IMG/VR virus record: IMGVR_UViG_3300000062_000468
DNA from: a virus
Strand: one strand, 5' to 3'
Length of the DNA stretch: 64,000 nt
Of this stretch, positions 40,016 to 50,090 are shown piece after piece (positions within the stretch are counted from its first letter, which is position 1; each line of letters opens with the position of its first letter). A program made the translations under genes and the position numbers. The notes beneath the pieces are model-generated. The model did not search any database. It was not told the origin of the DNA and saw nothing but the letters and a program-made list of their open reading frames with translations.

Positions 40016-41365
40016 ATGGATTTTGTAACAGAACTAGCCAAGAAGATATCTGAAAAATCAGGTAGAACATTTTATGTTGGTGGATATGTGAGAGATTCGA
40101 TATTGGGAATTCCCAATAAGGATATTGATATTGAAGTACATGGTATACCAGTTGAAGATTTGAAAAATATATTATTAGAGTTTGGTGAAATAAAACTGGT
40201 GGGCGAGTCTTTCGGCGTATTTAGGGTTGGTCATTATGATGTTGATATTTCTTTACCAAGAACAGAAGCATCTATTGGTGATGGACATAGAGATTTTGAG
40301 GTAGATGTTGATCCATTTATTGGAACAAAGCTTGCATCAAAGAGAAGAGATTTCACTATCAACGCATTGATGAAGGATGTGTTGACTGGTGAAATTATAG
40401 ATGAATGGAATGGATTAAAGGATTTAGAAAATAAAGTTATCAGACATATTGACAGTTTGACGTTTATAGAAGACCCTCTGCGAGTATTGAGAGCTGCCAG
40501 ATTTGTGTCACGCTTTGATTTTAAAATAGCAACAGAAACTATTATTTTGTCTTCTGCCATGAATATCACTGAATTACCAAAGGAGAGAGTATTCGAAGAA
40601 ATATCAAAGGTGTTTTTGAAATCAAAACAACCATCAATATTCTTTGAGACGCTGATAGACATGGTTCAATTATCATCATGGTTTGAAGAAGTTGAAAACC
40701 TGATTTATGTACCACAGTCTTCAGAACATCATCCTGAAGGTAACGTTTGGAATCATACAATGATTGCGTTGAATAACGCAGCTAGTAAATTAGAAGAAGC
40801 TGAAAATCCACTAGCATTTATGTTTTCAGTATTATGTCACGATTTTGGAAAAATCGTAAGTACAGAAGAAGTAGAAGGTAAAATCAAATCTATAGGTCAC
40901 GATATAGAAGGTGTGATTATTACTGAAACATTTTTGGATAGAATTACAAATGAAAAGGCTTTAAAGAAAATAGTATTAAATCATGTTGAACTTCATATGC
41001 GACCTAATATGATGATAAAGAGGTCGAGAAAAAAGAGTTTGATGAAGCTATGGGATAGTAGCGTTTGTCCTAATGATTTGATTCTACTAGCTTATGCTGA
41101 TAAATATAATAGATATGATGATCAAGATGTTATAACGGCATTGCAACGAAGATCGCTACAAGAATATGAGGATTTAATATTACAACCGCAAGTGATGGGT
41201 GCTGATTTGGTGAAACTTGGTTTAAAACCATCACCTCAATTCTCAGAGATACTAGAGTTTACTCATAAGTTACATTTAGCCGGAGTAGATAAAGAGGACG
41301 CTATAAAACACGCAATAGGAAGTTTTAAATTAAGGAGAAAAATCAATGCAGATGAGCGAGATTAA
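40016..41365 (+). CDS. cca: Class II tRNA nucleotidyltransferase (CCA-adding) with HD domain
   Basis: VGGYVRD, DIDIE, RRDFTINA, EDPLRVLRAARF, HHPEG..WNHT and CHDFGK. Confidence 0.9.
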   Translation: MDFVTELAKKISEKSGRTFYVGGYVRDSILGIPNKDIDIEVHGIPVEDLKNILLEFGEIKLVGESFGVFRVGHYDVDISLPRTEASIGDGHRDFEVDVDPFIGTKLASKRRDFTINALMKDVLTGEIIDEWNGLKDLENKVIRHIDSLTFIEDPLRVLRAARFVSRFDFKIATETIILSSAMNITELPKERVFEEISKVFLKSKQPSIFFETLIDMVQLSSWFEEVENLIYVPQSSEHHPEGNVWNHTMIALNNAASKLEEAENPLAFMFSVLCHDFGKIVSTEEVEGKIKSIGHDIEGVIITETFLDRITNEKALKKIVLNHVELHMRPNMMIKRSRKKSLMKLWDSSVCPNDLILLAYADKYNRYDDQDVITALQRRSLQEYEDLILQPQVMGADLVKLGLKPSPQFSEILEFTHKLHLAGVDKEDAIKHAIGSFKLRRKINADERD

Positions 41366-42377
41366 AGATAAGCATTGATAATGCGCCAGAGTATGAGTTT
41401 TTGAAAACCAATCCGCAATTGGGTGATAGTATTATCATGCTGGGTGTTGGTGGTAGTCATGCTCATGGTACTAATATAGCAGGAAGCGATATTGATGTTA
41501 GAGGTGTTGCTATGAATTCTAAGAAAGAATTGCTGACAACTAACAATTTCGAGCAAGTGGTTAATAACGAAACAGATACAACAATTTATTCATTCAACAA
41601 ACTTGTTCAGCTAATTACAAATTGTAATCCAAACACGATTGAGCTACTAGGACTGAGAGATGAACAGTATTTTCTACTGAATGGTTTAGGAAAGCAGCTC
41701 TTAGAAAATAAAAACATCTTTTTATCTCAAAGAGCCATTCATTTGGCGGTTATGCGAATTCACAGCTTAGAAGATTGCAAAATTTCTTAGCGAGACATGA
41801 GTATTCTCAAGGCGAAAAGGAACGGCACATATTAGGGAGCATTAAACATTCTATGTGGGCTATTAAAGAGCGATATAAAGATTATGGAGAAGACGGATTT
41901 AAAATGTATGTAGACAAGGCTGAGACAGAAGATTTGGACGAAGAAGTATTCTTAGATGTTAATTTACAACACTATCCATTACGTGATTTTAGAGCCATCA
42001 TTGGAGAAATGAATTCAGCGGTTAGAGGGTATGAAAAACTAGGCAAACGAAATACTAAAAAGACTGAAGAGAAAGTTGGCAAACACGCAATGCATCTTAT
42101 TCGTTTGTATCTAATGGGAATTGATATTCTTGAGAAAGAATAAATTATCACATATAGAGAAAATGATTTAGAACTGCTCATGAAAATTCGCAATGGTGAC
42201 TTTCAATATGAAGATGACAAATTTAGAGATGAGTTCTTTGAACTGGTCGATGAGTATGAGAAGAAATTTAATTATGCTTGCGAACACACTAATTTGCCTA
42301 AGAAGCCAAGAGTTGAAGAAATTCAGGAGTTTCAAATGGAAATGAATGAGCAATGGATTAAGAGGGTGAATGTATGA
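41346..42377 (+). CDS. Pol-beta-superfamily nucleotidyltransferase (YcgL/RlaP-like), broken by 2-3 indels
   Basis: GGSHAHGTNIAGSDIDVRG, NCNPNTIELL, KHAMHLIRL and KIRNG motifs spread over several frames. Confidence 0.75.
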
Positions 42378-42583
42378 GAATGAAATTTATAGGTAAATCG
42401 TCCTGTGGTTTTCAGCACGGAAGGATATATGAGTTAATGGATATAATTCAACCTAGTATAGTTAATAAGGATAGACTAGCGTGCGGTATGATGATTTGGC
42501 TGGGTGATGTTAATAGTAATGCCAGTTGTCCATACAGTAGTGTGGCTGCCATTATGAAAAATTGGAAGTATGTAGAAGAGTAG
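42374..42583 (+). CDS. Hypothetical protein
   Basis: GAGGGTG RBS. Confidence 0.6.
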   Translation: MRMKFIGKSSCGFQHGRIYELMDIIQPSIVNKDRLACGMMIWLGDVNSNASCPYSSVAAIMKNWKYVEE

Positions 42584-42615
42584 TGTTCAAACAAATATTT
42601 TATGGAGGATTTTAA

Positions 42616-43017
42616 ATGAAAACAACGACAATAGCGTTGAGCGAAAGGGACATAAGAGCCAGAATGGGCGAATATTATGGTGAAATAACAGAAGATTTGG
42701 ATAAACATTTATGTGATGGTGGCGGTCATCCCGAATATGGTTGGCGCACTTACATAATGCACCACACAGATAATAAGGATGGTTCAACTATATGGGTATT
42801 CAGAGTTCCGGGCGCAACCAGAGGACGCATTATTGTTGATAATAAAGATATCATAGTGGAATTTGAAGTATACAATGAAACTGGCGATTGTTATGAAGAA
42901 GCAGTATCAGAGGTATGCAATAAGTATATTGGATATGAGTTGGTTATAGAAAGCCTAGCAGAAGATTATCATAAGAATAGAACATACTACCCAAGAGTGC
43001 TAAAAGGAGGAGCTTAA
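42616..43017 (+). CDS. Hypothetical protein
   Basis: GGAGG RBS. Confidence 0.7.
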   Translation: MKTTTIALSERDIRARMGEYYGEITEDLDKHLCDGGGHPEYGWRTYIMHHTDNKDGSTIWVFRVPGATRGRIIVDNKDIIVEFEVYNETGDCYEEAVSEVCNKYIGYELVIESLAEDYHKNRTYYPRVLKGGA

Positions 43018-43018
43018 T

Positions 43019-43309
43019 ATGTTTGGAAACTTAGACATCACTTTTTGTAGTAATTCAGATGAGTGTCCTAGTAAAGAAACTTGTGCTAGACACACACGAA
43101 AGAAGGAAATACCAGAGGAAAGACCAGTGAGTATGAGTATGTTTGCAGATACGATAGTTAAAGGTAAGGATAAGTGTGATTGTTATTTTACTGAGGAATA
43201 CGTTCCACATAATATAGTCGAGGATTTTCGTAAATTGCTGAAGAATGGAGAGTTTGATAAGATGGATAAAGTTGTGCAGCAAGTGAGGGAGTTTAGAATG
43301 AAACAGTAA
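43019..43309 (+). CDS. Small Cys-rich protein
   Basis: DITFCS..ECP..ETCARH...CDCYF. Confidence 0.7.
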   Translation: MFGNLDITFCSNSDECPSKETCARHTRKKEIPEERPVSMSMFADTIVKGKDKCDCYFTEEYVPHNIVEDFRKLLKNGEFDKMDKVVQQVREFRMKQ

Positions 43310-43335
43310 AAATACAGTTATTTCATAAAAAAGCA

Positions 43336-43363
43336 TTGACTTTTTTGACGAATGTGTTATAAT
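43336..43363 (+). promoter_or_regulatory. sigmaA promoter for mazF
   Basis: TTGACT-16 nt-TATAAT. Confidence 0.65.
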
Positions 43364-43396
43364 GTCAGTATACACTTATAAGAAAGGGGTGAAGGC

Positions 43397-43786
43397 ATTA
43401 TAAGCACAAAAAATACAAATAACAGAAACTATGAAATTAATCAGTATTCAGTAGTATGGATAGAAATACCAGAAGAGATGGCAATGCCTCACTTGCAAGC
43501 TGGAACTAGACCGTATGTGGTTATATCAAATAACAGATGTAATAAGTACAGTCCTATAGTAACAGTGATTCCTATTACAACCCAAAACAAAAAGTCATTG
43601 CCTACTCATTATACACTTAGCGAGTCAGAAATAGAATACACAGGATTAGATAGAGAATCAACAATACTTGGAGAGTCTATAACAGCAATAAATAAAGACT
43701 TAATATTAAGTAAAATAGGAGAGCTGCATGACTTAACAAAGAGGAGTGTTACTAATGTGATACGAACACAATTAGGTATGGCATAG
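43397..43786 (+). CDS. mazF: PemK/MazF-family endoribonuclease, orphan; likely ATT/ATA start
   Basis: QAGTRPYVVISNNRCNKYSPIVTVIPITT...ESITAINKDLILSKIG. The N-terminal strand YSVVWIEI lies upstream of ATG 43478. Confidence 0.85.
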   Translation: MISTKNTNNRNYEINQYSVVWIEIPEEMAMPHLQAGTRPYVVISNNRCNKYSPIVTVIPITTQNKKSLPTHYTLSESEIEYTGLDRESTILGESITAINKDLILSKIGELHDLTKRSVTNVIRTQLGMA

Positions 43787-43835
43787 CCCATATTTTTATT
43801 TCAAACATAAAAGTTCAGTTTTTTCACGAAGCCAG

Positions 43836-43864
43836 TTGACAAAAATGAAAGTTCATGTTACTAT
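43836..43864 (+). promoter_or_regulatory. sigmaA promoter for the MrpR-like gene
   Basis: TTGACA-17 nt-TACTAT with extended TG. Confidence 0.65.
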
Positions 43865-43905
43865 TTGTCTGTTGTACTAAGACAATAGTGAGTGGGGATT
43901 AAGAA

Positions 43906-44844
43906 ATGTATAATGAAGCACAAAAGAACGATTATTTAGGATATGCACATAATAAGAAAAGGGCAAAAGAACTATTTGAAAAATTAGCCAAAAAAGAAGA
44001 AGAGTTGAACAAAGATATATGTATGATGAACTTGGACGAAATAATGGAGTGTTTATTATCAATGTCCACCGTATATAATGCAATCATTGCAAAAGTGGAC
44101 ATAGGTAGTTATCTGGAATGGTGTGTAATCAAAGATATAATTGTGGGGAATTGTATATTATCATTGACGAATATGACAATAAAATCGACTTATTTTCGTG
44201 AAAAAGAAGAATTTTATATATCTAAAGAATATTATGATGATTTGATTTTAAAACTTACACAATCACCATATGGGGTCTACTGGACAAGCTTTGTAATGGC
44301 TATGTATGAAGGTATTAGTGGTGATAATTTTGACAACCTTATACATCTGAGGCTGCGAGATATAGACAGAAAAACTAATACGATAAAGCTATGTAACGGA
44401 GCAACTGAAAGCGTGTCTACTTCGTTAACCACGATGTTAGTACAAACATCGCAAATTTCGGAAATCACGGTTAATTTTAGAAAAAAATTGGTGTCATCAT
44501 TATATGCAGATTCAGTTTGGAATTTTTCAATGACAGATATAACAGAAAAGAAGGCTAAAGATACTTTTGGTAGATGGTTGCGCATAATGCGAGACGTGTT
44601 TGAAGAGCCGAGGATAACAAAGTATAGTATAGAGCGAAGTGGTTATTTTAATATTAAGTTAGATCAACTTTTCGATGGTGGTATGACAAAAGAAGAACTG
44701 GTAGATATGTGTTATTCTGAGAAGGCAAAAATTAATAGCAGATATTCAGAGTTTTTTGAAGATGGGGATGACAATGCTGGGGTAAAAGTAGACAGTATGC
44801 GAAAATTTATTTACAGCTACCGGTCTTTTCTTAATCAAATATAG
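43906..44844 (+). CDS. MrpR (YopR)-like repressor, degenerate tyrosine-recombinase fold
   Basis: MYNEAQK start, EEELNKDI and YEGISG..L.HLRLRDID, as in SPbeta MrpR. Lacks the catalytic R and HxxR set. Confidence 0.65.
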   Translation: MYNEAQKNDYLGYAHNKKRAKELFEKLAKKEEELNKDICMMNLDEIMECLLSMSTVYNAIIAKVDIGSYLEWCVIKDIIVGNCILSLTNMTIKSTYFREKEEFYISKEYYDDLILKLTQSPYGVYWTSFVMAMYEGISGDNFDNLIHLRLRDIDRKTNTIKLCNGATESVSTSLTTMLVQTSQISEITVNFRKKLVSSLYADSVWNFSMTDITEKKAKDTFGRWLRIMRDVFEEPRITKYSIERSGYFNIKLDQLFDGGMTKEELVDMCYSEKAKINSRYSEFFEDGDDNAGVKVDSMRKFIYSYRSFLNQI

Positions 44845-44917
44845 TAAGTAAATTCAAGCTCTCCATTGCGAGAGTTTGGGCTTACGGTAAAAAGTACAGT
44901 TATTTTACAAAAATAAA

Positions 44918-45217
44918 ATGAAAAATAAAGGAGATTCTATGAGTATTAGGGAAGATATTATACCAGTCGAAGACGAAGTAACAAAGGAGGTTTTATACTT
45001 TATAGTTTCGAAACAATACTTACTTGATAAATTGGATACGCTGGTTAGTGTGGATGAAAGAGGCGTGGTTGGATCTGAAGAACTAAAGGGTAGAATAGAG
45101 GACTCTGAGAAGATTGAATATTATCCAGATGATGATTGGAGATTGGATATATATAACATTTATGAAGAAGGAATAATACATAGGATTACACAGGTTATTG
45201 ATTTACAAAAGGAATAA
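44918..45217 (+). CDS. Hypothetical protein
   Basis: AAGGAG RBS before MSIRED. Confidence 0.6.
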   Translation: MKNKGDSMSIREDIIPVEDEVTKEVLYFIVSKQYLLDKLDTLVSVDERGVVGSEELKGRIEDSEKIEYYPDDDWRLDIYNIYEEGIIHRITQVIDLQKE

Positions 45218-45425
45218 GAAGGAGGTTGATAATACCATAGAAATTACTAAACTTAGATACAAAGAAAGAACCATCATCGAGTTGGCGCTCTAGGTTCTTT
45301 CCTCTGAATGACTAATATTGCCTCTGAATGAGGCGTTATTAGACCTAACCAGAAATGGTTAGATTCATATTGTAACAAAATTAAAACAACCAGTCAAATA
45401 GGAGCTGGTAGAAAGGATATTCTAT

Positions 45426-46094
45426 ATGGGCTTGGAGCATTTAAAAGAAGGAACAATCGTCAAGGTAAAGAGTTTGAAATATAAACACACTGTAAGTAAA
45501 ACATACAAGCACACACTAAATTGCACTGGCGTAATCATGCGAAATGGAAGTGGATCTATTGGAGTTGAACTAGATGGTATGGAAAATTCAAGTAGTAGTT
45601 ATGGGTGGTTTTGGTTTGAAGCATCAGAGCTAAAAGTAATTGAAGAAAGCAATCAAAAAGGAGGAAATGGAATGGGTAAATTAACAGGATTTGAAAAGGT
45701 AGCAGTGTTAAAAGGTAACTATGATAAGGAGTACCATTTTGCACTATACGACGACACAGTTGAAGAAGGTGATTTGGTATACAGCAATAATGGAAATGCC
45801 AGTGAAAAGGTGTTTAAAGTACATAGGGTTTTAATGCATGAAGAAGCGTTAGAAGAAAATCCAAAACTAAATATTTCAAAAGAAGTTATTTGTAAATTAG
45901 ATACATCTGCATATGATGCAAGAGTTAGAGAACGTGAAGTCGCCAAGGAAAAAGAACAGAAGAAAAGAACATTGAAAGCTAAAATGGATAGTATTGCAGA
46001 TGATCTCGTTAAAGATGAGTTTTACCAGAAGTTAGCAGAATCATCAGGAAATTCGGAACTAAAGAAATTACTGGAAGAGTACAACAATATTTAA
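45426..46094 (+). CDS. Hypothetical protein (SH3/KOW-like N-terminus, coiled-coil C-terminus; may be two fused ORFs)
   Basis: Internal GGAGG RBS before MGKLTG. Confidence 0.6.
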   Translation: MGLEHLKEGTIVKVKSLKYKHTVSKTYKHTLNCTGVIMRNGSGSIGVELDGMENSSSSYGWFWFEASELKVIEESNQKGGNGMGKLTGFEKVAVLKGNYDKEYHFALYDDTVEEGDLVYSNNGNASEKVFKVHRVLMHEEALEENPKLNISKEVICKLDTSAYDARVREREVAKEKEQKKRTLKAKMDSIADDLVKDEFYQKLAESSGNSELKKLLEEYNNI

Positions 46095-46431
46095 AAAAGA
46101 GGGCTTATGGATATTAAAGTAGGAGATAGAGTGGAAATTATAGGAGATCGAATAGAAGAGACGCAAGGAAAACTTGGGATAGCTGGTGTTTTTGATAAAT
46201 GTGATGATATGGATGTAATTGGTGTTTAGTAGACGAAATGACAGCCCATTATACCAACAGCGGCATGTACTGGTATACGAAGGATGATTTAAAAGTTATA
46301 GCAGATGAAGAAAATATGGCTTTTTCAGTAGTCTTGTCACGCCAAGCAGTGATGGAATACATGGAAGAAAATGAATAAGAAAAGGAGAAAGAATTGTACA
46401 AGAATGGCAACAAGCGAATCAAGAGGAATTA

Positions 46432-46809
46432 ATGAAGGCGATTGATAATATGAAAAGTGGCATGATTGAAAATGACCCAGTGGTATCAGAGGTTACAAAA
46501 CGTGTTGGTGAGATTAATGAGTATATTAAGACCGTGGACGATGAAGTTTCTCAGCAGATTGAGTTTTCTAAATACGTGTATGTTACAGGTACAACAGAAG
46601 AGCTGTTGGATAAATTAGAAGAAAAGGAAAGTTTAATTTCTTCGGAGATTAAGAAAACTGCTCGTAGAACCATTCTTTTATTGGGTATGTGTGAGACTTA
46701 CGGTCAAAAGATAGCGCTGTTACAAACTAAGAAAATTGTGACTGTTGAAACAGATATTAGTGTGTTTGTGACAGAGGAATATGTTAAGAATTATCAGATG
46801 GAGGATTAA
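46432..46809 (+). CDS. Hypothetical protein
   Basis: GAGG RBS. Confidence 0.65.
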   Translation: MKAIDNMKSGMIENDPVVSEVTKRVGEINEYIKTVDDEVSQQIEFSKYVYVTGTTEELLDKLEEKESLISSEIKKTARRTILLLGMCETYGQKIALLQTKKIVTVETDISVFVTEEYVKNYQMED

Positions 46810-46811
46810 AT

Positions 46812-47465
46812 GTGAAACAGTTTGATTGGGATGGTTTTAAGAAAGCAAAATTTTATGTTAGATGTAGAACAGAAAATGAAGCAAAGAGTTTTTGTGAACA
46901 AATGCATCTACAAGGATTGCGGTGGCGCAATGGCGTATATTTATTAACAGATCATACAAATTATAATCATTATAATAGTAATACTGTTTATAGTTGTCGT
47001 TTTGAACGGGGTTCAGAATGCGTTGAATACGGACATTCTGATTTCCAATTACGAGCTGGATGTATAGTTAAAAATTGGGAGGATTATGTGCAAAAAAAAT
47101 TTACAAAGGCAGATTTGAGAACAGGGGATATTGTTCAATGCAGAAACGGGAAGGTTATGAGGGTGATGCTGAACACAGTGGAGGGTAGTGTGCTAATTGC
47201 AAAAAACCTAAAAAGGTCATTGTCTGATTATTGTACCGGGCTAACACATGCTCACCAAGCCGATTTGAACATTGAGAATGTATACAGATTGAACAAGTTG
47301 AGAAACTTTACAGTATGTGTAGAACAAAATTTAGATATGTCTTTTGCCGAAAGTGACTATATTCATCTTTGGCAACGTGAAAACCCAACAGTAAAAATAT
47401 CAAAAGATGAAGCGTTTAGAGTACTGAAGGAATACTATGGTGCAAGAGTTGAGATGACAGAGTAG
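46812..47465 (+). CDS. Hypothetical protein
   Basis: VRCRTENEAKSFC and KADLRTGDIVQCRNG phage-type motifs. Confidence 0.7.
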   Translation: MKQFDWDGFKKAKFYVRCRTENEAKSFCEQMHLQGLRWRNGVYLLTDHTNYNHYNSNTVYSCRFERGSECVEYGHSDFQLRAGCIVKNWEDYVQKKFTKADLRTGDIVQCRNGKVMRVMLNTVEGSVLIAKNLKRSLSDYCTGLTHAHQADLNIENVYRLNKLRNFTVCVEQNLDMSFAESDYIHLWQRENPTVKISKDEAFRVLKEYYGARVEMTE

Positions 47466-47535
47466 TGCATACAGAAGTGCAATTCTATAAGGGTTTTATA
47501 TTAAAAATCAACAAGAGAAAGAAAGGAAAAGGAAA

Positions 47536-49641
47536 ATGGGATTTATTGATGTAAAAGAAAAGTTACAAGAGAACTTCAAAAACATGACGCAAGATATTGA
47601 GCATTTATTTGAAGTAGAAGTAGATAAGGAAGAAATGTGGAATCTATATTTAGATAGTTTTCCAGCCGGAACAAATGAAATCTTCAGAGAAAGAAGAGAA
47701 CATGATTGCAGTTGTTGTAGACAATTCATCAAGAATATCGGCAATGCTGTTGTAATTAAGAACAATCAAATACATACAATTTGGGATTTCAATATTGATG
47801 AAAAGACCTATACTTACAAACCAGTCTTGAAAGCACTGTCAGAATACATTAAAGCAAAAGCTGTGTCAAATATTTACATAAGTAAATTCAAGAAAATTGG
47901 TACAGACCATGACCACGAGTTGTATGAAGGTGAAACTATTAGATGGGAGCATTTTTATTTAGAGCTGCCTAGTAAATTTGTTGATAACAGTGGCAGGTCT
48001 ATTGGAGATATTCAAGGTTCATATCGTGATACAAAGAATGTGTTTAAGCGTTCATTAGATGAAATTTCAGAAGATAGTGTTCTTACTGTATTGGAATTGA
48101 TTGCTCAAAAATCATTGTATAAAGGAGAGGAGTGGGAACATGCTTTAAAAGAGTTTCTTCAATATAAGAAAGAATATGACAAACTTACCGAAGAAACTGA
48201 GAAAAATAATTTCGCATGGGAACAATCTGTAAAAGCTGGAGCTGTAATTGGAAGAATCAGAAATCATAGTATCGGTACATTATTAGTAAACATCAGCGAA
48301 AATATGGATTTAGATACAGCGGTTAAAAAATATGAAGTTATTGTAGCGCCTACCAATTACAAGAGACCTAAAGCAATTTTTACAAAGAAGATGTTGGAAG
48401 ACGCTAAGAAAACCATTGAAGAATTAGGATACTTAGATTCACTGAAAAGAAGATATGCCACGTTAGATGATATTACAGTGAACAACATTCTATTCTCTAA
48501 TAAGGACGCTGCAAACAGGATTTCTGGCGGCGATATTTTTGACGACATGTTAGGTGAAGTCGCTGTTAATCCTAAGAAGTTTTCCAAGGTAGAAGAAGTG
48601 TCAGTTGAAGATTTTGTGTCTGATATTTTACCTACTACTAAAGAGATTGAAGTGTTACTAGAGAATAAACATGCCTCAAATATGGTGTCTTTAATCGCCC
48701 CAGAAGTTGCAGACAGTAAGACTATGTTTAAGTGGGATAATAATTTTGGCTGGGCTTATTCTGGAAACATTACTGATAGTGAATTACGAAATGCTGTCAA
48801 AATGGCTGGTGGTAGGATAGATGGAGCGTTAAGATTCTCACATACATGGAATTATGACGGGAATAATCAAAGTTTGATGGATTTGCATGTATTTATGCCG
48901 GATACTACTTATAAAACTATTGATACAAAGACTGATGAAATTCATGACAACTACCCATCTGGTAGACGTGTTGGTTGGAATTGTCGTCAAGATTATGCAT
49001 CTGGCGGTGTTCAAGATGTAGATTTTGTTCATAAACCAGGAAGCGCAGTTCCAGTTGAAAATATTACATTTCCAGACATTAATAAGATGCCTGAAGGGAA
49101 GTATATATTTAAAATTCATAATTGGGATTTAAGGCAACCTACTAGAAGTGGTTTTAAAGCTGAAATTGAATTTGGTGGAGATATTTATTCATTTGAACAT
49201 GCAGAACCACTAAAGAATAAGCAGTGGATAACATTGGCAGAGGTTACATTAAAGAATGGACAATTTACGATTGAAGAAAAATTAAAACCTACAATAGCGC
49301 CCAAAGAAATTTGGGGACTATCAAGCAATCAATTTGTACCAGTGTCGGTGATGATGTATTCACCTAACTATTGGGACGAACAAGAGGGTATTGGACACAA
49401 ACATTATTTCTTTATGCTGAAGGATTGCGTGAATCCAGAGAACCCAAATGGTTTTTATAATGAATTTTTGAAACAAGAATTAGTAGAACATAAGAGAGTA
49501 TTTGAAGCTCTAGGTGGCAAAATGGCGGTACAAGAAGTTGGGGATCAATTATCAGGACTAGGGTTTTCATCAACTAAGCGAAACGAATTAGTAGTTAAAG
49601 TAAAAGGGCAAACAGAAAGAACAATTAAGATTAAATTCTAA
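47536..49641 (+). CDS. Large conserved phage protein (701 aa)
   Basis: N-terminal HDCSCCRQF; C-terminal beta-rich domain with LRFSHTW..MDLH and DVD motifs. Confidence 0.8.
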   Translation: MGFIDVKEKLQENFKNMTQDIEHLFEVEVDKEEMWNLYLDSFPAGTNEIFRERREHDCSCCRQFIKNIGNAVVIKNNQIHTIWDFNIDEKTYTYKPVLKALSEYIKAKAVSNIYISKFKKIGTDHDHELYEGETIRWEHFYLELPSKFVDNSGRSIGDIQGSYRDTKNVFKRSLDEISEDSVLTVLELIAQKSLYKGEEWEHALKEFLQYKKEYDKLTEETEKNNFAWEQSVKAGAVIGRIRNHSIGTLLVNISENMDLDTAVKKYEVIVAPTNYKRPKAIFTKKMLEDAKKTIEELGYLDSLKRRYATLDDITVNNILFSNKDAANRISGGDIFDDMLGEVAVNPKKFSKVEEVSVEDFVSDILPTTKEIEVLLENKHASNMVSLIAPEVADSKTMFKWDNNFGWAYSGNITDSELRNAVKMAGGRIDGALRFSHTWNYDGNNQSLMDLHVFMPDTTYKTIDTKTDEIHDNYPSGRRVGWNCRQDYASGGVQDVDFVHKPGSAVPVENITFPDINKMPEGKYIFKIHNWDLRQPTRSGFKAEIEFGGDIYSFEHAEPLKNKQWITLAEVTLKNGQFTIEEKLKPTIAPKEIWGLSSNQFVPVSVMMYSPNYWDEQEGIGHKHYFFMLKDCVNPENPNGFYNEFLKQELVEHKRVFEALGGKMAVQEVGDQLSGLGFSSTKRNELVVKVKGQTERTIKIKF

Positions 49642-49656
49642 GGAGGAAGAAAGATT

Positions 49657-50052
49657 ATGAGTATTGAAATAGGAAAATTATTTGAGGTAGCATCGAAAAA
49701 GAAATTCAGATTTGTGTTTAAAGGGATTATTGCAACAGAAGATTTATGGGATTTGTCTGTAAAAGATTTGAATGTGATTTTCAAGGATTTAAACAAACAA
49801 GTTAAGCAGACTGTGGAAGAAAGCTTATTAGATATTCAAACAGAAAAAGATACAGACCTTGACAATATGCTTCGTATTGTAAAATACATTGCTAGTATCA
49901 AGTTGGCAGAAATTGAAAATGCAAAACAGGCTAAGTCTCGAAAAGAGAAGAAAGAAAAAATCATGTCAATTATTGCATCTAAACAAGATGAAGCACTTGA
50001 AAACAAATCTGTAGATGAATTGATGGCTATGTTAGATGAGGATGAAGGGTAG
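49657..50052 (+). CDS. Conserved coiled-coil phage protein
   Basis: LFEVASKKKFRF..KG..ATEDLWDL; GGAGG RBS. Confidence 0.8.
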   Translation: MSIEIGKLFEVASKKKFRFVFKGIIATEDLWDLSVKDLNVIFKDLNKQVKQTVEESLLDIQTEKDTDLDNMLRIVKYIASIKLAEIENAKQAKSRKEKKEKIMSIIASKQDEALENKSVDELMAMLDEDEG

Positions 50053-50090
50053 GTAACTACCCCCCTAAAGCAAAGTGTGAAAGTGAGGAT

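Noticed and set aside
1-42377. Programmed frameshifting in terL, the DUF262 gene and the nucleotidyltransferase
   Set aside because: These are scattered single-base indels, several in homopolymer runs and one set in an essential gene. Sequencing or assembly error is the simpler explanation, and reads are needed to decide.
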